A DNA stretch of 64,000 bases from a virus. Below, one piece after another: positions 30,708 through 40,167 of the stretch. The notes under the pieces were generated by a model. The model made no database searches. It was not told where the DNA came from and saw nothing but the letters and a program-made list of their open reading frames with translations. The stretch lies in UHGV virus genome UHGV-0168042; one strand, given 5' to 3'. The translations under genes were made by a program, and so were the position numbers. Numbering within the stretch: the first letter of the stretch is position 1; the number at the start of each line of letters is the position of its first letter.

Positions 30708-31361
30708 TCAAAGTATCACGGTATCTTCATCAACTTCTTTCCCAGCCAGTGACTTTGGCTGGGAGGTGCCTGCTTTAACTTTTTCATGCCCAATAATGGA
30801 CAGGAACGAAGCGAGTATGCCTGTTTTTTGCTCTTTCTCGACTGTACCGATCATCTGCTCTACGTAATCCGCACTGGCAACGTTGTGGTATACGGTCGCG
30901 TAGCAACACAGGACCATCAGAATATGTTCCGGCCTGATATCCTGCCAGTTCACCCGGTAGACTTCTTCTCCGTTACCGTTGTATTCGGTGTCAACGATGG
31001 AGTCAGGGATTTCGAAAGCACCTTTGTTATTTTGCGGCAGGGATAATAGCTTCTGGAGTTTTAACTCTCTGTATCTTTCCATCCCGACGATGATTGCTGC
31101 TCTGCCATCGGCATGACGGGTCTTGAGAGTCACCTGGCTTGCTCCGGTGCCAGCGGAGATCGTTGGCGTTATTTCGTCTACCAGTACCTTAAATTTGCTT
31201 TTCCGCAGGGCTGCTATAGCTGGAGGAATTTTTTGCTTTTGCTCCAATGCTGACGCGGGAAGGGGTTTTACTTCGTTAATAATGAGAGCACCGTCTTTCA
31301 GTATTGCAGTGAGCATTTGAGGCTTGCTGGTGGTCAGGCTGAATATTGCGATCTTTTCCAT
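30708..31361 (-). CDS. Hypothetical protein (about 218 aa from ATG at 31361)
   Basis: Track ORF 30708-31403; GGAGGA RBS precedes internal start MEKIAIFSL. Confidence 0.5.
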   Translation of the reverse strand: MEKIAIFSLTTSKPQMLTAILKDGALIINEVKPLPASALEQKQKIPPAIAALRKSKFKVLVDEITPTISAGTGASQVTLKTRHADGRAAIIVGMERYRELKLQKLLSLPQNNKGAFEIPDSIVDTEYNGNGEEVYRVNWQDIRPEHILMVLCCYATVYHNVASADYVEQMIGTVEKEQKTGILASFLSIIGHEKVKAGTSQPKSLAGKEVDEDTVIL

Positions 31362-31629
31362 TGTCCTTCCTCCACGGATGACGGATACAAAAAAAGGCCG
31401 CACATGGCGGCCTGCTTTGGCGTTATGACTCCCTACCGCGCTTCGGCTGAAAGTTAATCGTCAAAAGAACCTTCAACGGGAGCCGTTAGCGCGATGGATT
31501 ATGTGCAGTTTGTGATTTCCAAAATAGTGTCAACCACTTTTTGTGGATTTTATTTTTTGACCGAAATTTGGCCTAAATCATGTTGATGTAGTTGATTGTT
31601 TTTGTAACATAAAACTTCATTTTGTTTAC

Positions 31630-32253
31630 ATGAAGGACGGTGTAGTGAAGTTAAGGGTTTTAGGGACCGCGCTCGCGGCTATGTTGGGATGCGTATCTGT
31701 TAATACAGCCAATGCAACTGCGTTACCTGCACAATTCAGGGCAGGGCAGCAGGTTATGAATAACGCTGGTGGGGATCATTCACAAGCGGCAATTATGGAC
31801 TTTTGCAAGAGAGAGGGCATTCCATTACGGCCTGTTGGAACTCAGTTTATTGGTAAAACTGACTTTTGCGTTTTTGCATATACAGCATATCTGACGGACA
31901 AAGCTATAACAAAAACAGGTTATTCAACCAAAGATACTCTTTCCAGATTAAGTCAGGGATGGCAGCAATTCGAAGTGTATCGCCAGCAAGGATTAGGTGA
32001 GTTATTACAACCACTTTTTATGCTTGCGTTGGTGCCCGAGGGGCAGCAATTTTTGGTTAAAAAGGGAATGCTTCGCCAAAGTGATATTGCCGGGTTCGAT
32101 AGCATGATGGCTTATGAGCGCAAACTAACCGAGCAGCGAAATAAAAAACCATCTGCTTCATGTGTGCAAAGTAAAACAGCAGAATACAGTGCAGTAGCCG
32201 GGCCTTTAGCCAAACAAATGGCAGAGCAATGGTGTAAAAAATACGGGCAATAA
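31630..32253 (+). CDS. Secreted protein with N-terminal signal peptide (207 aa)
   Basis: Signal-like N-terminus LGTALAAMLGCVSVNTANA. Confidence 0.5.
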   Translation: MKDGVVKLRVLGTALAAMLGCVSVNTANATALPAQFRAGQQVMNNAGGDHSQAAIMDFCKREGIPLRPVGTQFIGKTDFCVFAYTAYLTDKAITKTGYSTKDTLSRLSQGWQQFEVYRQQGLGELLQPLFMLALVPEGQQFLVKKGMLRQSDIAGFDSMMAYERKLTEQRNKKPSASCVQSKTAEYSAVAGPLAKQMAEQWCKKYGQ

Positions 32254-32273
32254 GTTACGCAGCGGAGGCAGAA

Positions 32274-32666
32274 TTGAAAAGATTGGCTATTGCTTTACTG
32301 GCGTCTTTCCCTTTGATCGCGAGCGCCGGAAATTTACAAGTTAAGTGCGGTCGGTTTGATATAAAAATCTATCCAGATGCCATATTTCTGAATGGGAATA
32401 AGGTTGATAACGCACACCGAAAAACTGAATCTGACGTAATGAGCTATGTGTTCCAGGAGTATGCGGAGATGGGGGGAACTTACACGCTGTACTCGCTGGA
32501 TGTTCCTTCTCGCGGTGATATGACATTATCCCATCAATGGCAGAACGCCGATGGCGAAGCTCTGCGCGAGGTTAAAACAGAAAAATGTGGCACTTTCCAT
32601 TCTTTTAAAGGGAAAGCGCCAAATGTTAAATCTGTGCTTGAAAAACAGCGCGCAGGTGAGCTTTAA
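32274..32666 (+). CDS. Secreted/periplasmic protein with signal peptide (130 aa)
   Basis: MKRLAIALLASFPLIASA signal peptide. Confidence 0.5.
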   Translation: MKRLAIALLASFPLIASAGNLQVKCGRFDIKIYPDAIFLNGNKVDNAHRKTESDVMSYVFQEYAEMGGTYTLYSLDVPSRGDMTLSHQWQNADGEALREVKTEKCGTFHSFKGKAPNVKSVLEKQRAGEL

Positions 32667-32974
32667 ACACCTTTAACCACGGAGATGCCGTTTCCTGCAC
32701 GATAGCGGCGGGGAACGGAATTCTCCATCAGGTCACGAATTACTCCCGCCTCATGTAGTTCCTCTGTTTCCCAGTATCTGTTTGTCACCAGATCGAGGCT
32801 GGCTATGACCTTGTGCCGGTCATTCGGCATAGCCAATTTTTCTGCTATAACCATCAGTGAAAACTCTTCATCCAGTAGGATTTGATACCAGACTTTTGAC
32901 AGTTCCAACTCTCTAATGAGGGTGAAGCGCCGCTCAAGTGTGGCGGCAGAATAAGTGAAATCTATTTTTTTCAT
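32663..32974 (-). CDS. Hypothetical protein (103 aa)
   Basis: Complete ORF convergent with 32274-32666. Confidence 0.4.
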   Translation of the reverse strand: MKKIDFTYSAATLERRFTLIRELELSKVWYQILLDEEFSLMVIAEKLAMPNDRHKVIASLDLVTNRYWETEELHEAGVIRDLMENSVPRRYRAGNGISVVKGV

Positions 32975-33033
32975 CGTGCGGATAATCCGATTATTTGGCA
33001 GTTAAATCCCCGGCGTCGCCGGGGATGCAGCAT

Positions 33034-33975
33034 TTAACTAACAATCCAGTCCATAGCAATAACATCCTCTGGAGCTAAATCAATAGCATGGATTTTCCCG
33101 TCACGGATGGTGCGCCAGTGCTTTCGTGATCCACCTTCGGGCCACACCCATATACCTTCAGGCCAGGAAGAACGACGACACACTGTTGCGTATCCAGTCC
33201 TGATCTTCTCTCTGACGGTATGTAGTGACAGATTATCCTTTGGGCTTTCAGGCACAGGATGGTGGATTGCCTGAAACATCCCCATCTTTGGATGATACCA
33301 GCGTTTATTGCGTGGTTCTGCCTCCGACATCACCTGCTTAAAGGCTTTCCGGAAGGGGGCCAGGGCCACAATGGAGCGTCGCGCAAGCAAACCATCTGGA
33401 GTTAAAAACTCATGCGTATCGGTGGGAATCCGGAAAGCGTTAACCAGGTTGCGACATTTGGCTTCAGTCAGGCCACATTTCGCCGCCAGCTGGCGGTAGC
33501 CAATGTAGCCTTCCGGAATATTGCCTTTCTTTATTTGCTCGAGTGTTTCAGCGACCATCGATACTTGTGCTGATACCTCGGCTACCTGGGCATTTACGGC
33601 GTTGATCCGGCGTTCATGCTCAAGATGCATTTGCGCCATTTCAGCCAGGATTTCGGCTTTTGATTTTAACTGTACCCGGGCATTCTCCAGTTCGCGCCAG
33701 CGGTCCACCAGCCGGGCGGTGAATTCCGGAGAGAGCTGCGCGACGACAATGATGCTGTCTCGTTTTCCTTGTTCGCCTTCAAATATGTAAGCCTTGGAAA
33801 ATCGACGAGGGCCAACTGATTGTTTATTTTCAATTTCCACAGATTGTGGAAATTGGATCACACTCTTTTTAGCCAGTGTTTCGATAGTTCTCTTCACACT
33901 ATCTTGGCGACTTCCTACCAGTTCCGCGATCTCAATGCTGGTCATTGTCGCTTTTTGAGAGATGGACAGATTCAT
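33034..33975 (-). CDS. Rha/Ant-family phage antirepressor
   Basis: N-terminal Rha/KilAC-type domain (MTSIEIAELVGSRQDSVKRTIETL). Confidence 0.7.
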   Translation of the reverse strand: MNLSISQKATMTSIEIAELVGSRQDSVKRTIETLAKKSVIQFPQSVEIENKQSVGPRRFSKAYIFEGEQGKRDSIIVVAQLSPEFTARLVDRWRELENARVQLKSKAEILAEMAQMHLEHERRINAVNAQVAEVSAQVSMVAETLEQIKKGNIPEGYIGYRQLAAKCGLTEAKCRNLVNAFRIPTDTHEFLTPDGLLARRSIVALAPFRKAFKQVMSEAEPRNKRWYHPKMGMFQAIHHPVPESPKDNLSLHTVREKIRTGYATVCRRSSWPEGIWVWPEGGSRKHWRTIRDGKIHAIDLAPEDVIAMDWIVS

Positions 33976-34190
33976 CAGTGCACCTCCACGCAGTTCATTG
34001 GCAGATTCCAGTAATTGAGGATCTCCATCGCATCAAGAGTGAAGCGTGCGGCAAAAATGCAGGGTTCTTCAGGAAGGTATGAACGAGCTTCTGCTTCGGT
34101 TGCAGCCATGACGCAGATATACAGGTGTTTTTGGCAGGAATAGAAACGCCAGATAAATTCAGAATGAGTTGGGGTAGGGATAGTAGCCAT
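33975..34190 (-). CDS. Small protein overlapping the antirepressor start (Icd-position gene)
   Basis: 71-aa ORF whose stop overlaps the ant ATG, as for icd-ant in P1 immI; positional inference only. Confidence 0.35.
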   Translation of the reverse strand: MATIPTPTHSEFIWRFYSCQKHLYICVMAATEAEARSYLPEEPCIFAARFTLDAMEILNYWNLPMNCVEVH

Positions 34191-34373
34191 ATTGGCAGCC
34201 TCCTTTTGCTAATTTAAGGAGCTACCGCGTGAGGTTCCAATCTCAATGGCGGTAGCACTGACTGGGTTGGAACTACCGGCGCAAAAGGGAACCGGCCTGC
34301 CTTTCGGCAGCCCAGCCAGCACTACCATTGATCTCTGAGCTAAACGCTACGTATGGCTGTGCGATGGCATGAC

Positions 34374-34470
34374 ACAAGAAAAGACGCTTTCGGCGTCTGT
34401 GTCGCCTTTTGCATTATCCGGGGTTCCAATCCCGGCACCCGTTTTTCTAAGGTGCCGTAGAAATATACCC
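34374..34470 (-). ncRNA. Candidate c4-like antisense regulatory RNA upstream of icd/ant
   Basis: Minus-strand hairpins ggcacc...ggtgcc and ccggg-attggaac-cccgg, then terminator gacgccgaaagcgtc+ttttctt ending near 34374; 5' end not defined. Confidence 0.3.
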
Positions 34471-34502
34471 CACGATAATGCCAGGGCGCAACAGTCAGTA
34501 TT

Positions 34503-34670
34503 TTATGCTTTGGCGGATTTCTTCCGGGCTTGCTTGCAGGCGTAGGCCATTGCTTTAGCTTTCACTTCATCCAGCTTCCCGGTAATCACTTCTTTTCCGA
34601 GAGTGACAAACCAGTCATAGCAACCGCCAGTAATGTTCTTGATTTGAAAGTTGAGGTAGCGAACAGTCAT
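34503..34670 (-). CDS. Candidate small protein (55 aa)
   Basis: GGGGGAG RBS then ATG at 34670; MTVRYLNFQIKNITGGCYDWFVTLGKEVITGKLDEVKAKAMAYACKQARKKSAKA; below track cut-off. Confidence 0.3.
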   Translation of the reverse strand: MTVRYLNFQIKNITGGCYDWFVTLGKEVITGKLDEVKAKAMAYACKQARKKSAKA

Positions 34671-35001
34671 TTTGACTCCCCCAGCGCGAATAAAGAATGC
34701 AGATTATCGCGTGAGTGGTGGACGACGAGTGATGGGAAAAGACTGTAGTTGTTCATAGTGTAGTGACTCCTTGCTTTCGGAGCCGCCATCGACTGTTCCA
34801 CGGTCTGGTGGCGGCGCAATAAAGGCTGGAACACCGTGAGTCAACGGGGGCTTTTCAGCCACCTATATTGCACCGCCATAGGTATGGCGGGGGCAATAAT
34901 ACGAAAAACTAAACAGTTTGTCTCAAAAAGTTGACCGGTGTGCCAATCGGTAGTGAATGTACATCGGAGAAATTTACAATTCAACTTAAAATGTTAGAAA
35001 A

Positions 35002-35580
35002 CTAATTTATTAATTCAATCGCCATCTGATACAACGCCATTTCATCGGCATTGTGCCGTATGAAATCTGCTTTTCCGCCTATTTTTCCATCAGCATGAAC
35101 AGGGACCAGCCAGGGATATTGTTCTCGGACCTCGGCTGGCGCTGCGTACTGGTGGTGCCATTTACACAAAGGGAGGACATATTTATGTGCGTTCTCTGCC
35201 GTTCTCCCGAAGATATGGTGCAGGGATACCACTGGGCTATGTTGCCCGTGAATATGGCAGGCAATGCAGGGGAGAGTACCGATAGCGGTCTGTATCCGGC
35301 GTTCATCGGCTGTGAGTGATCTGCCCTTCAGGCCGCGTGACGTGCGTGTTTTTTTGGGCGGAGCGGATACAGCTTTATCTTTTCTCCGCTGTTCATATTG
35401 CTTTGCTTTTTCAATTTTCTTTTGCCGATATTCAGGCGATGCGGCTTTTTCTCTCGCTCGCTGCTGCTGGCGTTGAGCTTGTTGAAGGCGCTTTGCCCTT
35501 TGTTCCTCTCGCCAGGCTGGGTCAGCCAATTTTTGCATGGCTTTTTGTCTCTGTTTCTCCCAATAGCTCTGTTTCTGCAT
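35002..35580 (-). CDS. ref: Ref-like HNH endonuclease (recombination enhancement function)
   Basis: HNH core LPCIACHIHG...VSLHHIFGRTA...LPLCKWHHQYAAPAEVREQYPWLVPVHADG matches P1 Ref as recalled; basic N-terminal region. Confidence 0.75.
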   Translation of the reverse strand: MQKQSYWEKQRQKAMQKLADPAWREEQRAKRLQQAQRQQQRAREKAASPEYRQKKIEKAKQYEQRRKDKAVSAPPKKTRTSRGLKGRSLTADERRIQTAIGTLPCIACHIHGQHSPVVSLHHIFGRTAENAHKYVLPLCKWHHQYAAPAEVREQYPWLVPVHADGKIGGKADFIRHNADEMALYQMAIELIN

Positions 35581-35619
35581 GATGGCTGCCTCTTACTTTT
35601 CAGCTATTTTTCTATGATT

Positions 35620-35663
35620 GATCAAAACAGTTAGATATTCAAAATTGATTTTCTAACACAAAA
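35620..35663. promoter_or_regulatory. Operator-like palindrome (GTTAGATATTC ... TTTTCTAACACAAAA) upstream of ref and of the divergent 35698 operon
   Basis: Motif family member in the divergent intergenic region. Confidence 0.4.
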
Positions 35664-35697
35664 CATTAATATCATTCCTGATAACTGTTTGGAGGAC

Positions 35698-35853
35698 ATG
35701 ATGCTTATAGCTTTAAGTGCGATCCACCAGCCATCTGTGAATGAGATTGGCCTGTTCTATGTGTTGTTTTTCGGGGCGTTGGCGCTACTTGAACTTGGTA
35801 TTGAGCTTTTCGCAGTGCTTATGTTTTGCGTCACGATTTTGGGGAAATTTTGA
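35698..35853 (+). CDS. Small membrane peptide (51 aa)
   Basis: GGAGGA RBS, ATG at 35698; hydrophobic sequence; stop overlaps next start (TGATG). Confidence 0.4.
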   Translation: MMLIALSAIHQPSVNEIGLFYVLFFGALALLELGIELFAVLMFCVTILGKF

Positions 35854-36476
35854 TGGTGAAACGTGTTTTGAAAATTTACATCGCGGGGCCGATGACTGGT
35901 TATCCAGATTACAACCGTGCTGCGTTTAATGCGAAAGCGAGCGAGCTGATGTCTGAAGGGCATATCGTTCTGAATCCAGCTGTGTTACCTGGTGGCCTTT
36001 GCCAGAGTGAATACATGGATATTTGCCTGGCAATGGTGCGTTCTGCTGATGCGATCTATCTGCTCAATCAATGGGAAGAATCGGTTGGTGCTCGCGCAGA
36101 GCACGCGCTGGCTGAAAAGCTGGGGCTGACTGTAATTTATGAGTCACAAACCAACATTGAATGCCAGGTTGCTCCGCATATTTACCGTGAACTGGTAAAT
36201 GCGTTACGTGATGTTGCTATTGAATGTCACGGCACGGATCAGCTTCGCGCCCGCTTAAGCAAAACCCTTTCCAGTTACCTGTCTTTGGCTGAAGGATACA
36301 ACCTCCGGCAGCGGAGAATGGTCAAATTAATCACGCGTTTATCTCAATCCCTGGCAAATGCCGAACCAACTAATCCGCTACCTAATGACGCAATGAATTA
36401 TCTGAAGTCATGCGGCGTTGTTTCTGAAGATGCAGTTCGTTTTGTGGAGTTTATGTCTCAGAGGATGTCAGCGTGA
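35853..36476 (+). CDS. Nucleoside 2-deoxyribosyltransferase-like protein
   Basis: N-terminal KIYIAGPMTGYPDYNRAAF pattern; start refined to ATG 35853 (track lists 35826). Confidence 0.45.
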   Translation: MVKRVLKIYIAGPMTGYPDYNRAAFNAKASELMSEGHIVLNPAVLPGGLCQSEYMDICLAMVRSADAIYLLNQWEESVGARAEHALAEKLGLTVIYESQTNIECQVAPHIYRELVNALRDVAIECHGTDQLRARLSKTLSSYLSLAEGYNLRQRRMVKLITRLSQSLANAEPTNPLPNDAMNYLKSCGVVSEDAVRFVEFMSQRMSA

Positions 36477-36790
36477 GCTGGCGGGGATGGGGAAGGGCGG
36501 AAATCATGATACTCCGCCAGTGCGCCGGGACTATGACAGTCGTGAGTATTGGGAGGCTGATCGGGCGTACCGGTAGTGCTGTCAGAACCAAAGCGCGGCA
36601 GCTGCGGATCTGCATGATTCTGAAAGGAGACTTTCACCCGTCAGCCAAATACCGGCAGGGCGATATAGAACTGGCACGGCAGCTTCATCGGTGTGGTGTT
36701 CCCCGCCGTGAGATCGCAGAAAAACTCGAAATGCCCTTGAGCATGATTAATCAGTACGTTTATTTCGAAAGGAGAGTACATGAAGTCTGA
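36473..36790 (+). CDS. Putative HTH DNA-binding protein (105 aa)
   Basis: HTH-like segment GVPRREIAEKLEMPLSMINQYV. Confidence 0.4.
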   Translation: MSWRGWGRAEIMILRQCAGTMTVVSIGRLIGRTGSAVRTKARQLRICMILKGDFHPSAKYRQGDIELARQLHRCGVPRREIAEKLEMPLSMINQYVYFERRVHEV

Positions 36791-37268
36791 AGGTTTAACG
36801 CCAGCACAACTGGCAGAGCGTAACGCTGAGTATGTAACGGAAATTTCCCGACTTGAGAAAGAACGCTCGGCGCTGGCGGCGGAGAATGCTGGGCTGAAAC
36901 ATGCAATGGCTGTAACTCTTGAGCATGTGTCGGTCACGGATGCAGGGCAGGCCGGAGTTGCTGCAATGATTATCAACGATGCCCTGCACCACAGCGAAAC
37001 TCCAGCCACCGATGCTTTTCTGGCTGAAATTCGTGCGGAGGCTCGCAACGAGGGGATTAACTATACCGCAAGCCGTCTTGCTGCTGCTTTCAACCACGGA
37101 TTTATCAATAAGTCTTTACGTGAAGTTTTCGACGTTACACGCATGATTCTGTCAGCGAAAGAAGAGTTGGCTAATGAACCGCACCCGATTGATGGCCTGT
37201 CCGGTGAATATGCGGAGAAATCCCTTGAAGAATGGGCGGAACAGATTCGCAAAGGAGCTGACAAGTGA
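36780..37268 (+). CDS. Ea22-like family protein, paralog A
   Basis: Coiled coil RLEKERSALAAENAGLK and C-terminal PATDAFLAEIRAEAR...AEQIRKGADK shared with the other paralogs. Confidence 0.55.
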   Translation: MKSEGLTPAQLAERNAEYVTEISRLEKERSALAAENAGLKHAMAVTLEHVSVTDAGQAGVAAMIINDALHHSETPATDAFLAEIRAEARNEGINYTASRLAAAFNHGFINKSLREVFDVTRMILSAKEELANEPHPIDGLSGEYAEKSLEEWAEQIRKGADK

Positions 37269-37675
37269 AGAAGATGATTTTTGTCGCGGCATTGTTGGTG
37301 AATATCCAACAAGTGCATGCTTCAGCAGCTATTGTAGCCTCTACCGCCGCGACTACGGCTGCTGTAGCTGCTGCGAACTCTGCGAATATCGCAAACCAAC
37401 AGGCACAGCGTGCTGCTAATGCATCAGCCAGCGTTCACTCAATCACCATTAAGAGCAGTAAGCAAAATCTGGGATTCATAACGTGCGGCACGCGTTCTAA
37501 TGAAGCTGTAGGTTCACTTGGATGTACGGTATATGGGGGTAGTGAGAATAGAGAAATTCCATGGAAAACGTGGCCCGGATACGTTCTTGGCTCGAAGCTC
37601 CCGGCCAGTTATGAAGTAAACGCCGTATCGTTTGATCACTATAACGGCGTGGCAACGGTCTATTTTGCATATTGA
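37265..37675 (+). CDS. Secreted protein with signal peptide (136 aa)
   Basis: MKKMIFVAALLVNIQQVHA signal peptide. Confidence 0.45.
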   Translation: MKKMIFVAALLVNIQQVHASAAIVASTAATTAAVAAANSANIANQQAQRAANASASVHSITIKSSKQNLGFITCGTRSNEAVGSLGCTVYGGSENREIPWKTWPGYVLGSKLPASYEVNAVSFDHYNGVATVYFAY

Positions 37676-38484
37676 GGCTCCGCATGAAATTCTCCAAATT
37701 TTCTGAGTTGGTGAATCGTATTTTGTTGAATCGTATTTTGTCCAACAACCACAGCCATCGTCGCGATATGGATGTAACGATCGTTGTTCATTCGCCTGGC
37801 AGCATTGGTTCAACACCCTCAGTTGAGGTTCAGTCAATTCACGCTGGTTTTGATTGGGATTCCGGGAAAGTGCTGATTTTCCCAGCACAGCCACTGACCA
37901 CGCTAACACCAGAACAGATTACTGATATTACTGATAGTGTGCGCAAAGGTCAGTCCTGGCACGCATATCAGGAATACAAGAAGCATCAAGAGCAGTTGGA
38001 AAAATTATCGATTGAACTTGATACCGCAAAACAGCGCATTGCAGAGCTGGAGGGTAATCGCGCGGCGCTGGCTGCGGAGAATGCGAGACTGAAGGCGATA
38101 TGTGAGGATCGCCGCACGTTCATTATGAATGGCGTGCAGCTTGGTTTTATCAAGGTGCCAACAGTGGAAATAGATCCAGCTCTTGAAACAATTCGTATCG
38201 CCCTATCACCACAAAAAACCACTCCTGCGACCGACACTTTCCTGGATGAAGTGAAGACTGAAGCACGCAAGGAGGGCGCTTACTTTGTGGCGAATAGAAT
38301 GCTGGCTGCCTGGGAAGCTGGTTTTATTGATGATACTGCGAAGAACGCCGCGGATATTGCCCGGATGATTCTTACCTCTACTGAGTTTATGGCTAATGCG
38401 CGGGAAGGCGATTTTGACCGCTCATTCTCTGATGGTGTTCTCGAAGATATCGCTGAACAGCTTCGCAAAGGAGGCAGCCAGTGA
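37672..38484 (+). CDS. Ea22-like family protein, paralog B
   Basis: RIAELEGNRAALAAENARLK ... PATDTFLDEVKTEARKEG ... AEQLRKGGSQ. Confidence 0.55.
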   Translation: MRLRMKFSKFSELVNRILLNRILSNNHSHRRDMDVTIVVHSPGSIGSTPSVEVQSIHAGFDWDSGKVLIFPAQPLTTLTPEQITDITDSVRKGQSWHAYQEYKKHQEQLEKLSIELDTAKQRIAELEGNRAALAAENARLKAICEDRRTFIMNGVQLGFIKVPTVEIDPALETIRIALSPQKTTPATDTFLDEVKTEARKEGAYFVANRMLAAWEAGFIDDTAKNAADIARMILTSTEFMANAREGDFDRSFSDGVLEDIAEQLRKGGSQ

Positions 38485-39122
38485 GCGAGCTTTACTATCA
38501 GACGTTACGTGAACGTTTTTCACCGAAACCAGCGCCTAAATGCTCTGTTTGTGGCGAGGAAATGTCAATGCAGCGCATATCTGGATCACATGTTGTTTAT
38601 GCCTGTTCCGGCATGGAGGACGACGGATGCTTCAAAACTGGACGAACTTATGCTGACGAGCATTACAAAAAATCGCGCATAACAGTAGTTGATGATAGCG
38701 ATCCTGATGTGATTGAACTGCTGGAAGAGAACATGGAGATGGCTCTAACGCTTGAGAAGCTGCGTGTTGAGCTGGAGGCTGCTAAACAGCGTATTGCCGA
38801 ATATGAAAGCAATTGCGGGGCGATGGTGGCGGAATGCCAAAGCAAAAAAGCAGCTCTTGAGGCAATTCTTAGCCATTGCCCAATTAATCATCCAGATATA
38901 GACATCGCATGTATAGCGAACATCGCTCATAACGAATTAGGCGGGGCGAAAAGCACTACATCTAAGGCATACCTTGTAGAAATACAGGCACAAGGGGTGG
39001 AGGCATTCGCTTTGACGATGCGCGATACCGGAGATGATCCATTTTTTGATTCCGTTGCTTCTGCTTGCGCGGATGCAGCTGATAGGTTCGCTGCCCAGCT
39101 TCGAAAAGGAGGCAAACAGTGA
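38481..39122 (+). CDS. Ea22-like family protein, paralog C, with N-terminal Cys-rich zinc-ribbon-like motif
   Basis: CSVCGEE...YACSG...DDGCF; RIAEYESN coiled coil; C-terminal AAQLRKGGKQ. Confidence 0.5.
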   Translation: MSELYYQTLRERFSPKPAPKCSVCGEEMSMQRISGSHVVYACSGMEDDGCFKTGRTYADEHYKKSRITVVDDSDPDVIELLEENMEMALTLEKLRVELEAAKQRIAEYESNCGAMVAECQSKKAALEAILSHCPINHPDIDIACIANIAHNELGGAKSTTSKAYLVEIQAQGVEAFALTMRDTGDDPFFDSVASACADAADRFAAQLRKGGKQ

Positions 39123-39367
39123 GTAATACCGCACGACTACAGCTTGGTTTTTTACCGCTATCAAAAACCATCGTGTTGGCAAAAATGCGTGACTTAGGGG
39201 ATGGAACAAAACGTCGTGTCGGCAATGATCGCGGTCGTGATGTAACCAACGAGGCCGCACAACTCGTTTGGCATCTAGTCATGGCTGAAGGCGGTGAAAT
39301 TAATTGGGAGCTGGATGATGGTTCTCGCATGGTATTAAAGGCAGAAAAGCAGGAGCCACCACAGTGA
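39119..39367 (+). CDS. Hypothetical small protein (82 aa)
   Basis: 4-nt overlap chain of small early-region-type genes. Confidence 0.4.
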   Translation: MSNTARLQLGFLPLSKTIVLAKMRDLGDGTKRRVGNDRGRDVTNEAAQLVWHLVMAEGGEINWELDDGSRMVLKAEKQEPPQ

Positions 39368-39657
39368 ATATCGACACCACGATAACGATTGATACGGCCC
39401 TAAATACCGGTCTGGCACTTCTCGGTTGGCTTTACATCATGTCCAGTACATGGCGATGGCTGGGTTCCATTTTCCTGAAACAGTGGAAAAAACGGCGCAA
39501 ACAGGAATTACGCCAGAAGGCATTAGAAGCGTTCTATGACGCATTTGAACTTAGCCGCATTGAACCAGGCACAACAGCCAGGATAGCGACAAAAGGCGAC
39601 CTGATGATAGTGATGTTCCGACAGGAGAAAGCAAATGGCAGCAAAGCGAATGACTAA
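39364..39657 (+). CDS. Hypothetical small membrane protein (97 aa)
   Basis: Hydrophobic segment LNTGLALLGWLYIM. Confidence 0.4.
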   Translation: MNIDTTITIDTALNTGLALLGWLYIMSSTWRWLGSIFLKQWKKRRKQELRQKALEAFYDAFELSRIEPGTTARIATKGDLMIVMFRQEKANGSKAND

Positions 39658-39859
39658 TCGCGAACTTGTTGATGCCGCGATTGAACTTGCTGGCGATTTT
39701 TATTCCATGATGGGGTACACGCATCGCCCAGGCTTCAAATATTGGGAGTCTCCGCACCCGCAAGAGCAACGGGTATTTCAAATGGCCTGTCGCGCTTTTG
39801 AAGTTATTCGCGGTTCTGATGTGATGGACGCGGTTGCTGATTTGGAGGATGAAGAGTGA
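39635..39859 (+). CDS. Hypothetical small protein (74 aa)
   Basis: Complete ORF in coupled chain. Confidence 0.4.
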   Translation: MAAKRMTNRELVDAAIELAGDFYSMMGYTHRPGFKYWESPHPQEQRVFQMACRAFEVIRGSDVMDAVADLEDEE

Positions 39860-40167
39860 ACACAATTAAAGAAATGCCGGTAGAACGTGATGAATATGGC
39901 TGCTGGACACATCCGGAGTATGAAAAGTTTTGCGCAGGTCGTGAATATATATCCACTGAGGAATTTGACGCCTGGATGAAGGAAAATAATCTTCAGTGGA
40001 CTATTCGCAGTATGGATGAAGATGATTTTGATCTGGACGCAGCTGGTCCCGATATTGCCGCCTGGGAACCGGAGCGACCAGAGGGTGAAGGCTGGTTTGT
40101 TGGCTCTATTCATGACACTGAAGATGGTCCAGTTTGTATCTGGCTGCGGGAGAAGGTTGCCGCATGA
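39856..40167 (+). CDS. Hypothetical small protein (103 aa)
   Basis: Complete ORF; stop overlaps phosphatase start (ATGA). Confidence 0.4.
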   Translation: MNTIKEMPVERDEYGCWTHPEYEKFCAGREYISTEEFDAWMKENNLQWTIRSMDEDDFDLDAAGPDIAAWEPERPEGEGWFVGSIHDTEDGPVCIWLREKVAA

